Positions 49,541 through 63,000 of a stretch of DNA of 64,000 nucleotides are shown here, one piece after another (the first letter of the stretch is position 1; the number at the start of each line of letters is the position of its first letter). A program made the position numbers and the translations under genes. Below the pieces are notes generated by a model. The model had not been told where the DNA came from, made no database searches, and saw only the letters and a list, made by a program, of their open reading frames with translations. Source of the DNA: Mobula birostris (Eukaryota); assembly GCF_030028105.1 (NCBI RefSeq), contig NC_092390.1:10354001-10418000 (forward strand). Reading direction: 5' to 3'.

Positions 49541-52500
49541 TAAGAGCAATCACGTTGAGTCAGTTCATTCCAGACATTAGTGTTGAAAACTGAAGTTATT
49601 AATGATAAGAGACAAGAAAACAAGAAAAATAGGTATAACACTCAGTGCAAAAGTAAGTAGTTTTGCAAGCACAGTTTGTTAATTCTAGCAACTTAACTCA
49701 GTAAGCAGATTTATTAATTAGATTTATAGATATAATTTATGTGGTGTTTCAGTAAAGAGACACACAGCCTGGTTGCCTGATAGTATATGTCTTCTCCAGG
49801 CTGCAGACACTCTTATGGATACTATAGAGTTGTTTGTCAGTGAAACAAATGACCCTAATATAAACACCATTATTCTACAAATGCTGTCCTGCCATCCATT
49901 AACAATGAGACATTTCCCTTCCTTTAAAAATAGTAATGAAAAAAAGTCCAAAAAAACCTTTGCTTTATTCTTTTCCTCACAACTAGAGACCTACTTTAAT
50001 TATTTCGATATAATCCAATTTTAAGTGTCGGAGGAGGAATGAAATTTGCCCTACAAGATATCAGCAGGGAACAGCTTTGCAGATTCATATAACTCCCTCG
50101 CTCCATGTTCTGCTGGATTACAAACTCATTATTTCCTCACAAATCGCTGTGAATGAAGGGGACCAATTGGAACTTGCATGGTCTGTGATTGATAAATGTC
50201 CAATGATGCCTTGAAAGGCAGAACAGATTTGATAGGCCAAGTGGCTCTCTCTTTACCTCTGCTCCCATTTTAAGGTATGTTAATTTGCCTTTAAATCAGA
50301 AAATTAGGTTCAGAATCAGGATCCGGTTTATTATCACAGGAGTATGCTGTGAAATCTTTATTTTGCAGCAGCAGTACAGTGCAATAGATAATATATATAT
50401 TATACAATAAATTACAATGAAAATAAATAAATAAATAGGTGGCCCGAATAGTGAGGTAGTGTTCTTGGGTTCATTGTGTGTTCAGAAATGGCAGAGGGAA
50501 AGAAGCTGTTCCTGAAATGTTGAGTGTGTGTTCGGGCTACTGTACCTCCTCTCTGATGGTGGTAATGAGAAGGGGGCACATCATGGGTGGTGGGTGTCCT
50601 TCATGATGGGTGCCATCTTCTTAAGACATCACCTTTTGAAGATGTCCTTGGTGCTGGGGAGGCAAGTGCCCCTGATGGATCTGGCTGAGCTTACAACCCT
50701 CTGCAGCTTTTTTTTTCACAGCCCCTTCACACCAGACAATGATGAGATCAGTTAAAATTTTCTCCACATACATCTGTAGAAATTAGTTGAAGCCTTTGGT
50801 GTTATACCAAATCACCTCAAGCTCAAAATTAGATCTAGCCACTGGCATGCCTTCTCTGTAATTGTATCAGTATGTTGAACCCAGGATAGATCTTCAGAAT
50901 AGAGAAACGTCATTAAAAAGTATCATTTCTAAATTAACAATAATATCTTTCACTCTCGGCTTTGAAAGTACAATATTGATTTAGTTTTTCAACAGGCTTA
51001 ATTAAATCTAAATGATAGAATCTATCATTCTGCAGCTGTGTACTTGTATAGACATAAAACCTTGCTGCTATTGCATAAACATCGGGTCAGGTCAATAGGA
51101 TTTAAATTGCCATCTTAGTTACAGGTAAGAGCACAGGATTTATTGGCTGATGTTCAATTGTGTATTCTGAAAGTTTTGGACAGCCAGTGCAGAGGTTCTG
51201 ATCCCTCTGATAAGAGGATGCTCAGATGTGGAGAGAATGGACTCCAAAATGACCAAGTTACCTTTATGTAAGTTAAAGACAGAGATTAAAGGTGAGTTTT
51301 ATTTGTCACATGTACATTGAAACATACAGTGAAATGCTTTCTTTATGTCAATAACCAACACAGTCAGTGGATGTGCTGGGGGCAGCCTGCAGGAGTCGCC
51401 GTGCTTCTGGCACCAATATAGCATGCCTGCAGCCTACTATCCCTAACCCTCATGCCTTTTGGAATGTGGGATAAAACCAGTGCACCAGCAGGAAACCCAC
51501 GCATTCACGGGGAGAATGTATAAACTCCTTACAGACAGTGCCGGAATTGAACCCAGGTCACTGGCACTGTAAACTGTGAGCCCTTAAAAATCTAATTTTT
51601 AATACGACAATAAACTCAACTCTGACATTGGCTTTGACTAATAGATTAGTATGACAGGCCTGAAACTTATTGTGTTTCCAGATGGCCTTGGAATACTCTA
51701 TGTCAGATGATATAGTTTATTTAAACCTTGCAAGGTTCCTTTAAGACAGCCCTTGAAACCTACCTCCTCTTGGCCTAATGTCTCTCTAAGCTTCAGTTAA
51801 GCAGCTTCAAACACTTTGTAATAGCTTGACATATAGCGGGTGTAAGGAATCAAATATATTATTCTCTGTTTATGCCCACAAAATTTTATTCTAGTTAATG
51901 TGAATTTATGTGAGGGCACTTTAAGTGACTGGAACTATACTGACTTTGATATTCTATATAGCAGTCAAAATCATTCATTTTTTCCATTTTTCATTTTGTT
52001 CAAAAACTTAGTAATTTCCCATATTTTATTCTGTTTAAAAACTTAGAAATTTCAGCATGACACTTGAAATTCTACCCAGGAACTTTTTTTTATATATATA
52101 TATTGTTGACAGCTCAATCTGTACAGAAATGGAATCATTTGGAATCAGATTCAGGTTAAATTATCACCGGCATATGTCGTGAAATTTGTAAACTTTGCAG
52201 CAGTGGTACAATGCAATACATGATAATATCAAAGAAAAATCTACATCTGCAACAGCAAATAACTGAAGCTCACACACCACAGTACATTAAGCACATTCCC
52301 ATGTTAGTTATTCTATGTTCTTGTGAAGAAAGCAGAGTTCAGCTATTAAATTTACATGATTAACAATTCTTGAACCATATTATTTTCCACTAATCCCTCT
52401 CTCGTGCTGCATCATCTAAAGAGAAATCAGTTTGACAGCACTGACACAGTAGGAATTTATCAGCTTTTAATCACATAAACACACGCTTCTTTCCTGCAAA

Positions 52501-52804
52501 ATGGAAGGTGCCCTGCCCTATTTTTTGCTTAGTTTCAAAGATCATTAATAACCTTTCTGCCGCACCCAAGTCCTGGCAGCACTTCCAGGAGAGGAAGGCA
52601 GTGAGAAATTTTATTTTATTCTCATACAAAGGTTGGATACTAAGCCTAGTTATGCCACCACTAGATACCAGGGTGCTGGGTATACACAGTGAGCTCATCT
52701 TCATGCATTTATAAACTTTAGCAGGGTCTGTTATTATTTGCTTGGAAAAATATAAATACTCCACCTTAAATATTTTGATATCGAGCATGTTATCTATGTG
52801 GATA

Positions 52805-53332
52805 TACATTCAGTGGCCACTTTATTTGGTTCATCTAAAGAACCCGGTGTGGTCTTCTACTGCTGTAGCCCATCCACTTCAAGGTTCGATGTGTTGTACG
52901 TTCAGAAATGCACTCCTGCGCACCATGGCTGTAACTCGTGTTTATCTGAGTAACTGTCGCCTTCCTGTTAGCTTGAACCTGTCTGGCCATTCTCTTCTGA
53001 CCTCGTTCATTAACAATGTGTTTCCACTCCCAGAACTGCTGCTCACTGGATCTTTTTTGTTTCATGCTCCATCCTCTGTAAACTCTAGGGACTGTTGTGC
53101 ACGAAAATCTCAGGGGATCAGCAGTTTCTGAGATACTCAAACCACTTCATCTGGCACCAACAATCATCCCACAGTCAAAGTCACTTAGATCACATTTCTT
53201 CTCCATTCTGATGTCTGAATAACTTCAACATGTCTATCTGTTTTTATGCATTGAGTTGTTGTCAAATGATTGACTGACTAGATATTGCATTAACAGGTAG
53301 GTGTACCGAATAAAGTGGTCAATAAGTTTGTA
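52805..53332 (-). mobile_element. Internally deleted Tc1-like transposon
   Basis: TIRs TAcattcagtggccactttatt / aataaagtggtcaataagtttgTA; peptide SISETAD..SRVYR-like..QANRKATVTQI..ISERTTHRTLKWMGYSSRRPHRV. Confidence 0.85.
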
Positions 53333-53546
53333 TCAGAAGGAACCACAAAGGCAGTACCTGGTGAAGCCTTTCAACCTGAAACACCGATTGTCCTTTTCAC
53401 TCCACAGATGCTGCCTGTTGGATTAGGATGTAGAATTGTTGATTTTCTTGTCATTTAGTTCTCCTGTGCTTGCTTGTATTTTTACATGGTTATCTATATG
53501 CATCTGTCGTTCAGTGCATTTCCCAGCCATTGTGGTACACTTACTC

Positions 53547-53779
53547 ACACAAAATGCTGTAGGAACTCAGCAGGCCAGGCAGCATCAATGGAAAGAGTAA
53601 ATGGTCAACATTTCACGCCAAGACCCTTCATCAGGAAGGGTCTGATGGAGGAGCTCGGCCCAAATTGTCAACTGTTTACTCTTTTCAAAAGATGCTGCCT
53701 GGCCTGCTGTGTTCCTCCAACATTTTGTGTGTGTGTTGCTTTGGATTTCCAGCATCTGCAGATTTTCTCTTGTTTGTGA
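53547..53779. mobile_element. Fold-back Penelope-terminus mini-element with two back-to-back hammerhead-like cores
   Basis: ~90 bp inverted arms meeting at ttcatcaggaagggtctgatgg; flanks tggtacacttactc (53533-53546) / tggtacagtcactc (53780-53793). Confidence 0.85.
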
Positions 53780-53849
53780 TGGTACAGTCACTCCTGTACT
53801 TTCCTAAAGGCTTCTTAGTTTCAGTAGCAGTGTCATACTACTTGAACCT

Positions 53850-54242
53850 AAGCAACGCACACAAAATGCTGGAGGAACTCAGCAGGCCAGGCAGCGTCTA
53901 TGGAAAAAGGTGCAGTTAACTTTTTGGGCCAGAACCCTTCGGCAGGACTGGAGAAAAAAAGATGAGAAGATTTAAAAGTTGGGGGGAGGGGAGAGAAACA
54001 CAAGGTGATAGGTGAAACCGGGAGGGGGAGGGATGAAGTAAAGAGCTGGGAAGTTGATTGGTGAAAAAGATACAGGGCTGGAGAAGGGATAGTCCGATAG
54101 GAGTGGACAGAAGACCATGGAAGAAAGAAAAGGGGGGAGGAGCACCAGAGGGAGGCGATGGGCAGTCAAGGAGATAAGGTGGGAGAAGGAAAAAGGGACG
54201 GGGAATGGTGAAGGTGGGGGTTCGAGGAATTGATGTTCATTT
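53850..54242 (-). mobile_element. Penelope 3' UTR/terminus fragment
   Basis: Reverse complement of the 28255-28680 type sequence. Confidence 0.85.
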
Positions 54243-55571
54243 TATTGGTTAATTGTTATCAATGGATTCTGTTGTCTCTAATCTGCTCTTTTCTTTGTTC
54301 TCTCCACACTTCTTCTTCCCTTTTGTAACACTTAATTAAAGGAACGTAAGCAACAAGTTTTATGCCTCATTCTTGGACTTACAAAGAACCATTGGATCAC
54401 AAAGGCAGCAGGAGCCACCATGCCTGATCCACTGGGTTTCTCCAGCGCCTTTGTGTGTTACTCCATATTTCCAGCACCTGCATTCCCTTGTGTCTCCAGT
54501 TTAACTTAATCTGGATGTGCTGTCTTTGGCATTTTGGAGAAAGAGGCATGATCTTTTAGAAACATATAGTATACCAGCATGAGAGAGCTTGGCAGGTTGG
54601 TTGTTGAGTAGTTTTCATTAGCGGAAAAGACTTAAGTGAGAGCACATAGTTATAGGACTCAGAATCAGATTATTTTATTTATCACATGTACATTGAAACA
54701 TATAGTGAAATGCATCATTTGCACTTACAACCAACACAACCCAGGACGTGCGGGGGGAAGCCTGGAAGTGTTGCCACATACCCTGGCACCAACATAGCCA
54801 TGCCCATAATGTTCAGCAGAAGAAGAAAGGCAACAACAATGACATGAGCAAAACACCTTTCCCACCCTTCAATCCTCCTCACCCAGCCATTTACCTATAC
54901 AGACAGGCCTCTCAACACCAGGTCAGGCCACCTCTGGAGTCCTTAGCCCCACATTTTCAGACTTGCAGACACTGGCTCTCCAACCTCCAGTCTCTGGCCC
55001 AGAGTCGGACAATTGCAGGCATCAGGCCTCGAACTTCAGGCGATTCAACATCAGATCAGTGGGTAGTTAAAATGAAGAAATATAGGAACTTCTTCTCACA
55101 GAATATGGTGAATCTCTGGAATTCACCAGCCCAGAGAATGGTGGTCTAGGCCATTGAGGTATTTAAAAGGAGAGAACTATTTGAAAACGCCTTTGGGGAA
55201 TTCTGGGCCATGGGGAACTGGCACAGAGGATGAAATGAGGTCTGGGCCAGAGCAGCCATGATCATATTGAATGGTGGGGTAGGCTTCAGTGGGTGAGTGG
55301 TCCACTTCTGTTCATATTTTCTTATGTTTAATTTGCTTGGTGGGGAACGTATCAGAATAGATGCAAAGACAGGTTTATGGACCATCATATATTGGACATT
55401 CTGCATGTAACAGGTTAAGTTAAATAAAATGTGCCAACATTTTTCTGTCAGGCAAGTCAAGATAAAAATGGCCTTGCGTTTGATTTGATTAAGTGTATTC
55501 CTCCTGTTAACATAATGAAACTTTTCATTTGAAACAATATTTCCTTACTGTTTATTACCTTCAGTGGATAT

Positions 55572-56990
55572 ATCCCGGTGCTGAAGAAGAGCAAGGTGGC
55601 ATGCCTGAATGACTATCAACCTGTGGCTCTGACATCAATTGCTATGAAGTGCTTCGAGCGATTGGTTATGGCACACATCAACCACAGCCTACCGGTCAAC
55701 CTCAACGCTTTGCAATTTGCCTACCGGAGCAACAGGTCAATGGCAGATGCCATCTCTCTGGCCCTACGTTCCTCCTTAGAACACCTGGAGAATAAAGACA
55801 CATACGTAAGGCTCCTTTTCATTGACTACAGCTCTGCCTTTAATACCATCATTCCAAATAAGCTGATTCCTAAGCTCTGGAACCTGGGCCTTAGCATTCA
55901 GATCTGCAGCTGGATCTTCAACTTCCTCACAGACAGGACCCAGGCTGTAAAAATAGGGGACAAGCTCTCCTCTACAATCACTCTGAGCACCGGTGCCCCA
56001 CAAGGCTGTGTACTCAGCCCCTTACTGTACTCACTGTACACCCATAATTGTGTAGCCAAGTTTCCATCGAACTCAATATACAAGTTTGCTGATGACACAA
56101 TTGTAGGTCGTATCTTGGGTAATAATGAGTTTGAGTACAGAGAAGAAATTAAGAACCTGGTGCCATGGTGAGAAGACAATAACCTATCCCTCAACATCAG
56201 CAAGACGAAGGAATTGGTTGTTGACTTCAGAAGGAGAGGCAGACCGCACGACCCAATTTACATGGGTGGTGCGCAAGTGGAACAGATCAAAAGCTTTAAG
56301 TTCCTTGGGGTCAATATCACAAATGACCTGACTTGGTCCAACCAAGCAGAGTCCACTGCCAAGATGGCCCACCAGCGCCTTTACTTCCTGAGAAAGCTAA
56401 AGAAATTTGGCCTGTCCCCTAAAACCCTCACTAATTTTTATAGATGCACTGTAGAAGGCATTCTTCTAAGGTGCATCACAACCTGGTATGGAAGTTGTCC
56501 TGTCCAAGACCGGAAGAAGCTGCAGAAGATCATGAACACGGCGCAGCACATCACATAAACCAATCTTCCGTCCTTGGACTCACTTTACACCACACACTGT
56601 CGGAGCAGTGCTGCCAGATTAATCAAGGACACGACCCACCCAGCCAACACACTTTTCATCCCTCTTCCCTCCGGGAGAAGGCTCAGGAGCTTGAAGACTC
56701 ATACGGCCAGATTTAGGAACAGTTTCTTTCCAACTGTGATAAGACTACTGAACAAATCCTGACCCGGATCTGGGCCGTACCCTCCAAATATCCGGACCTG
56801 CCTCTCGGTTTTTTTGCACTACTTTACTTTCCCTTTTCTATTTTCTATTTATGATTTATAATTTAAATTTTTAATATTTACTATTGATTTGTAATCCAGG
56901 GAGCGGGAAGCACAGAATCAAATATTGCTGTGATGATTGTATGCTCTAGTATCAATTGTTCGGCGACAATAAAGTAATAAAGTAAAGTAT
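55572..56990 (+). mobile_element. Rex1/Babar LINE, 5'-truncated, relatively young
   Basis: [78 protein letters not shown]; tail aataaagtaataaagtaaagta. Confidence 0.96.
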
Positions 56991-57779
56991 ATGAGGTGCC
57001 CGCTCAATCAGAATCAGAAAAAGGTTTATTATCACTAACGTATGTCGTGAAATTTGTGGACTTGCAGCAACAGTGCAGGGAAATATATAAAAAATATTGT
57101 AAGTTACAATAAGAATATATTTAATTTTATTTTAAATTAATAATGTAAAAAAAGTGCAAATTAGTGTTCTTGGGTTCACGGACAGTTCAGAAATCTGATA
57201 GTGGAGGGGAAGATGCTGTTCCTAAAACATTGAGTGTGGGTCTTTGGGCTCCTGTTCCTCTTCCCTAATGGTAGTAATGGGGTAAAAAAGCAAGGTTGTC
57301 GAGTGTTAGGTCTGATGTGTGATGTTAAGGTTCAACTCCACGCCACTTCTCTGCACTGCCTGAATATCCTCCTTGTAACATGGTTACCAGAATCAACATT
57401 ATGTGTGGTCTGCAGTTTAAGTATGGCTTACTTTGGTTTGGACTCTATCCCAAACCAAAAAAAAAATAAGGTTTGCCAACTACATCTTCCTAAGGAGAGT
57501 GAAACTTTTAGGATCTGCTCATTCTTCCACTCCACCATTGTGCTTTTTGAGTGTGGTAAAGGGCTTTCTGCTTGCTGATGACAGAGTAAGGTATCCCCAC
57601 TGATCTGAGTTACGCGGGGGGGGCAATAAGAAATGAAGTTGTTGGCAGTGGGGAGTTGCTTTACATGAATATGGTAACATAACAGCGAAGTTGTCGGACT
57701 CAGAGCCAGAACTCTGGGCCATTAATCGAGAAATACAAGCTGGAATTCTACCCTGACAGCTGGAAAATTTAAATTCCAA

Positions 57780-58400
57780 GTATAAGCGTAAGGAAGTCAT
57801 GTTGTAGCTATGTAAAACTTTAGTCATCAAACATAAAACGTAAAACATAGAACACAGAACATTATAGCGGGGTACAGGCCCTTGGGTCCAGGATGTTGTG
57901 CCGACTTTTTAACCTGCACTAACATCAATCTGACCCTTCCCTCCTACACAGGTGTCCATTTTTCCATCATCCACATGAGTTTCATAAATACACTCAATAT
58001 ATCTGCATCTACCACCACTCATGCAGGGCATTCCACACAACCACCACTCTCTGTGTAAAGAACATATCTTGACATTCTCCCTATACTTTCCCCCAATCAC
58101 CTTAAAATTATGTCCTCTCATATTAGCCACTGGGAAAACATCTCCAGCTGTCCATTTGATATATGCCTTTTCTCATTTTGTACACCTCTATCACATCACC
58201 TTTCATCCTCCTTCGCGACAAAGAGAAAAGTCAGAGCTTGCTCAACCTATAAGACAGAAAGTACATAGAGTATTGTGTGAAGATCTGGTCGCCCCATTAT
58301 AGGAGGGATGTGAGGATTGTGGGGAGGGCGCAGAGGGGATTCACTAGGATTCTGCCTGGATTAGAGGATATGCGCTATAAGAAGTTGGACAGACTAGGAG
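57780..58400. mobile_element. CR1 fragments: a minus-strand 3' end (57840-58250) inside an older plus-strand piece
   Basis: ANMRGHNFKVIGG; catagaacacagaacat tail; flanks resemble the CR1 YKxKEVML / WSPHYR region. Confidence 0.7.
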
Positions 58401-60734
58401 TGCCGGAGTCCGACTGGTTTTTTTAAAATTGAAATTAATTTTGTTCATAATAAAAATCATTAACAAGAATAAACCACGCAATGCCCTTGCATTCTTACGT
58501 ACATTCAAGGGCAATGCATTAAGCAGTGTTCAATAAATGTTTTATATTTTAATTTACAGATACAGCATTGTCATAGGCCCTACAAGCCCACTCTGCCCAA
58601 TTGCACCCATATGACCAATTAACCTACAGAACCTGTACATTTCCGGAAAGTGGGGAGAAATCAGGGTGCCCAGAGGAAACCCACGCAGTCACGGGGAGAA
58701 TGTACAGACTGTGGCGGGAGTTAAACCTGCCTCACTGGTGCTGCAATACTGTTACAGTAACCACTGTGCTAATATGCCATATTTCTTAAAACCAACAGTA
58801 CTGTTGCCACTCATGCGCCCCCCCCCCCCCCCACTCCTGGGATGGTACACCACAGCAATAATTGAGAAGTCTTTTTGTTGGAGTAGAAATGTTAAACACC
58901 ACAGGACATGCATTTAAGGTTAGTGCAGGTGGAAGTTTAAAAGTGAAATAAGGGGCAAGTTCTTTATGCAGAGAGCGATGTATTATTCTATGTGTTGTCA
59001 TATATGAATTACAGTCTATTCCCAGGTTAAGACACCTCTACATGAAAAAAATCCCATATATCATTAAAATTGAAAGGTTGACAGAGACGGTCTGTCTCTC
59101 CCGCTATCTCTATCTCTCTAACTCTCTCATTTATCAGTCTCATGTGCCTTTGAACGTGGAGGTGTAGCTACAGAATTTGTGCATTTCCCAATTTACAGAA
59201 AAAAAGTGATTTATGGATGTCCTTGTTTGTTACCCGAGGACAACCTGGTAACAGTAAATTCTGATAACCCAGCACATTTCAGACTTTGGTGATGCTGCAC
59301 AAGCAGATTTTCTGGATTATTGGATATTACTCCTATTGATATCCACATTTCACATATTTTACAGATTACACAATGGTGTGAATTACAAGCTCACATTCCA
59401 CTGGGGAAGTTGAAACACAGTATCAGCGAATCTGTGAATCTACTGGAGGCTGAAGACTGGGGTTAGAGACTGAGTATGTGGTGGGTGGGAAGGAGGAACG
59501 GGGCTACCTTCGTTGCTTGCTGTGTTCTGTGTTGTTCTCCCAAGCATTGTGGGCATTCCCTGTTAGCACTGGAATAAGTATCGACACTTGCAGGTTGTCC
59601 CTTGGTGTGTTGGTTGTTAATGCAAACAACACATTTTACTGTATGTTTGGTGTTCATGGGATAAATGAAATGGATCTGAATCTGAATTTGAAAAATCTGG
59701 ATCTTTTATGATGGTAGTCCTAATTATTGATGTGTCAGAAGTATCCTTGGGAAACTTTGGGGACTTATTTGCCACTTCATTCCAAGTCGTAGAATTCAGA
59801 CAAATACGCTGCTTCCCTCACTCAATTTCTTTTTCCCTATTCACCTACTCATGTTATCCCCACTTCTCTGCCTCTCACTCAATCTTTCCTTTTCTCTACC
59901 TCCACTACAATCATTCTCTTCTTGCCAAGACATAACTTCCCTCTCCCCCTCCCTCATCCACTCAATCAGAATCAGGTTTATTATCACTGTCATACTAATG
60001 TTGTGAAATTTGTTGTTTTGCAGCAGCAGTACAGTGAAATAAATGAAAACTACTATGTCAGAATAAGAACTACATAAAAAAGTAAATAAGTAGTGCAAAA
60101 AATGTGCATGGACCATTCAGAAATTGGATGGCAGAGTTGAAGAAGCTATTCCTAAAATGTTGAGTAGGTGTCTTTAGGCTCCTGAAGCACCTCGCTGATG
60201 GTAGTAAAGAGAAGAGATCATGTTCTGAGTGATGGGGGTCCTCCATGATAGATGCCACCTTCTTGAGGCATCATCTATTAAAGATGTCCTCGATGGTGGA
60301 GAGGCTATTGCCCATAATGGAGCACCAACCTTCCCTCTCTTCCTCCCTCCTTCCCTCCATCACTCCCCTCTCCCTTCTATACTCATTTGCTATTCAGTCA
60401 TTCATTCTTTAATTTATTCGCTTCCTGGTGATCAAATCACTTGGGGAGAAGTGCGATAGGAAGCCGAAACTCCAATACAAGACTCATTGCAGACCATCAG
60501 TGAAGTCCAAGGGAGAAGGAAAAACCATTAGTTAGATTTGGGTTGTACAGATCTCCTAGATAGTAAGAGACAGCTCGGTCTTATTGAATGGGAGGAATTT
60601 CACCAGATCAAGGTTCTTGTTAAAAACTGGAAAAGATCAGGAAAATGACTCATGGGTTTTATTTTCCACACAATATGAACAGGAAGAAATATAAGACAAG
60701 TTTAAAAACAGTTGATATTTTAAGCCAAAACCCC

Positions 60735-61150
60735 TTACCTCTGTGCCCTCTCACCCTAGCAGCTCTGCTGTCTTCTCTTCATCTGTCCATTACCTCTCTC
60801 TGGTTCCACTTCTCCTTCATTTTCTTCCATGGTCTACAATCCCTTCCTATTAGATTCCTTCTTCTTCAGCCCTTTACTCTTCCACCTATCCTCTCTCAGC
60901 TTCTTATTTCATCTCCCCTCTCCACCCAGCCACCTTCCCACTCACCTGGTCTCACCTATCACCTGCTAGCTTGTACTCTTTCCCCACCAACTGCCTTCAT
61001 ATCCTGGCTTCTGTCCTCTTCTTTTTCACTCACAATGAAGGGTCTCGGTCCAAAATGTTGACTGTTTATTCCTCTCTATAGATGCTTCCTGACCTACAGC
61101 ATTTGGTGTGCGTTCTGGATTTCCAGTATCTGCAGGATCTCTTGCAAGAG
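60735..61150 (+). mobile_element. Penelope 3' UTR/terminus with degenerate hammerhead
   Basis: Pyrimidine-rich UTR then atgaagggtctcggtccaaaatgttgactgt...gatttccagtatctgcag. Confidence 0.75.
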
Positions 61151-61499
61151 AAGGTGTCAACTCTGGCTAGACTGGCATTGCCACTGCTTGAGAAGACTCC
61201 AAAATCCTGCTGTAAGTTGTCTGGCTGGTCCACACCAAAATTTTGTGACTTTTACTTGGGAGCTCCATATTTTGTTTATGGTCGCCCTGCATACTGCGGG
61301 CCATGAAATAGTTAACAAGTTTAGAGTGTCGTGGATGTGGTAACCGAAAGCAGAGCAAAGCAAACTGGGCCTGGGAATGATGGTTTCCAGAAACACACAA
61401 AACCACTTTCCCGAAATGGATTAACCCTTTCAGAACTGTTTACAATTTTGAACTCAGAGCTGCATTGCCATTTGATAGTGTGGTTTAGAGGGCACGTGC

Positions 61500-61935
61500 G
61501 GCTGGATAAACTTGGGTTGTTTACTCTGGAGTGGCGGAGGCTGAGGGGAGATCTGATAGAGGTTTATAAGATTATGAGAGGCAAAGACAGAGTAGACAGG
61601 GAGTATCTGTCTCCCCGGGTTGAAATGTCTAGTAGCAGAGGTCACGCATTGAACGTGAGAGGGACTCAGTTCAAAGGGGATGCGAGAGGTAAGTTTTTTA
61701 CCCAGAGAGAGGTGGATGGCCTGGAATGTGCTGCCTGGCATGGTGGTAGAGGAAATAGATTAGAGGCTTTTAAGAGACGTTTGGATAGACACTTGGATGT
61801 AAGGAGGATGTAGGGAAACGGTCATTGTGTAGGCAGGAGGGATTAGTGTTTGGGTGCTTTTGATTTGATTTTTAACTGATTCGGCACAGATTTCTGGGCC
61901 AAAGGGCCTATTTCTGTGCTGTAAAATTCAGTGTT
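61500..61935 (+). mobile_element. CR1 3' fragment
   Basis: RLDKLGLFTLEWRRLRGDLIEVYKIMRG..SRGHAL..GKFFTQR. Confidence 0.9.
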
Positions 61936-63000
61936 CAGTTTGCTGTGCTTGAACCGTCCTTTTCCAAAACCAAAAAAAAAGAGATTCAATATTAGTTCCA
62001 CCATGCTGCAGAAAGCCATGTCTACTAAAGCCTAGAGCAGGGACAATTAAAAAGTGAAAGCTTTACAAAAAACTACAATTTATTGTTGAAAACTAATGGC
62101 AGTGGGGCAAGAACTGTAAACCAAAGAATTAACTCAGTCATAGTTTTCCCAAAGCCACTCTAAACATCAATGTGAAATTCTTAAACCTTATCAAATATAT
62201 TTAGGAACAACCAAAATTATCTACTGGAGAGATGAGTAAAGAGCTTCCAGACCCACCTTGCAACAAAAAGACTTTGTTTCGTCTTTTGCCCTCCCCTCCA
62301 ACATTACAGCGCCTGAGTGGTTCAGAAACAAGCAACCATTTTCCAGTATTTAAACTTTGCTGGTTGTCAGGGCGGGAAGTGGAAAAGACAGCTCCCATCT
62401 TTTTTTTAAAGAGAAGAGAAAATGATTCGTGTTCATGAAAAGTCTTGTAACCGGTCTCAAGCACTTTATGGCCAATGAAATGCAGTTAATGTTGCATTGT
62501 AAAAAATGTAACAATGAACTAACTGGGAGCAAGTTCGTACTAATAGCGAGGTCAAGTCAAATGTGTAGAGTTGATGCAGATTGAAGGGTAGTAATTGGGA
62601 AGGGTACCGTGACAACATCCTTTCCCTCCCTGGAATTATTGGCCATGGAGACTCAGTCACTGACATTCACAATAGAGATTGATAGATATTTAGAAGATCT
62701 CAAGGGTTATGAGCTAGTTATAGAGTCTTAGAGCACTACGGCATGGTGGTGTAGCAGTTAGATCAGGGTTCAGTTGCTGCTGCTTTCTGTAAGGAATTTG
62801 TACGTTCTCCCAGCGGGGTTTTCTCTGGGTGCTCCAGTTTCCTGCCACATGCTAAAGATGTATGGGTGAGGATTAGTGAGGTGTGGGTGTGCTATGTTGG
62901 CGCCAGAGGCATGGCACCCCCTGCACATCCTTGAACTGTGTTGGTCATTGACACAAACAAAATTTTTCACTCACTCACAGCGATTTCTCCTTTATCTCCT

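Noticed and set aside
5850-53900. Recurring aaatgctggaggaactcagcagg as a CRISPR-like repeat
   Set aside because: Copies are dispersed kilobases apart in both orientations with no regular spacers; they are Penelope termini in a vertebrate genome.
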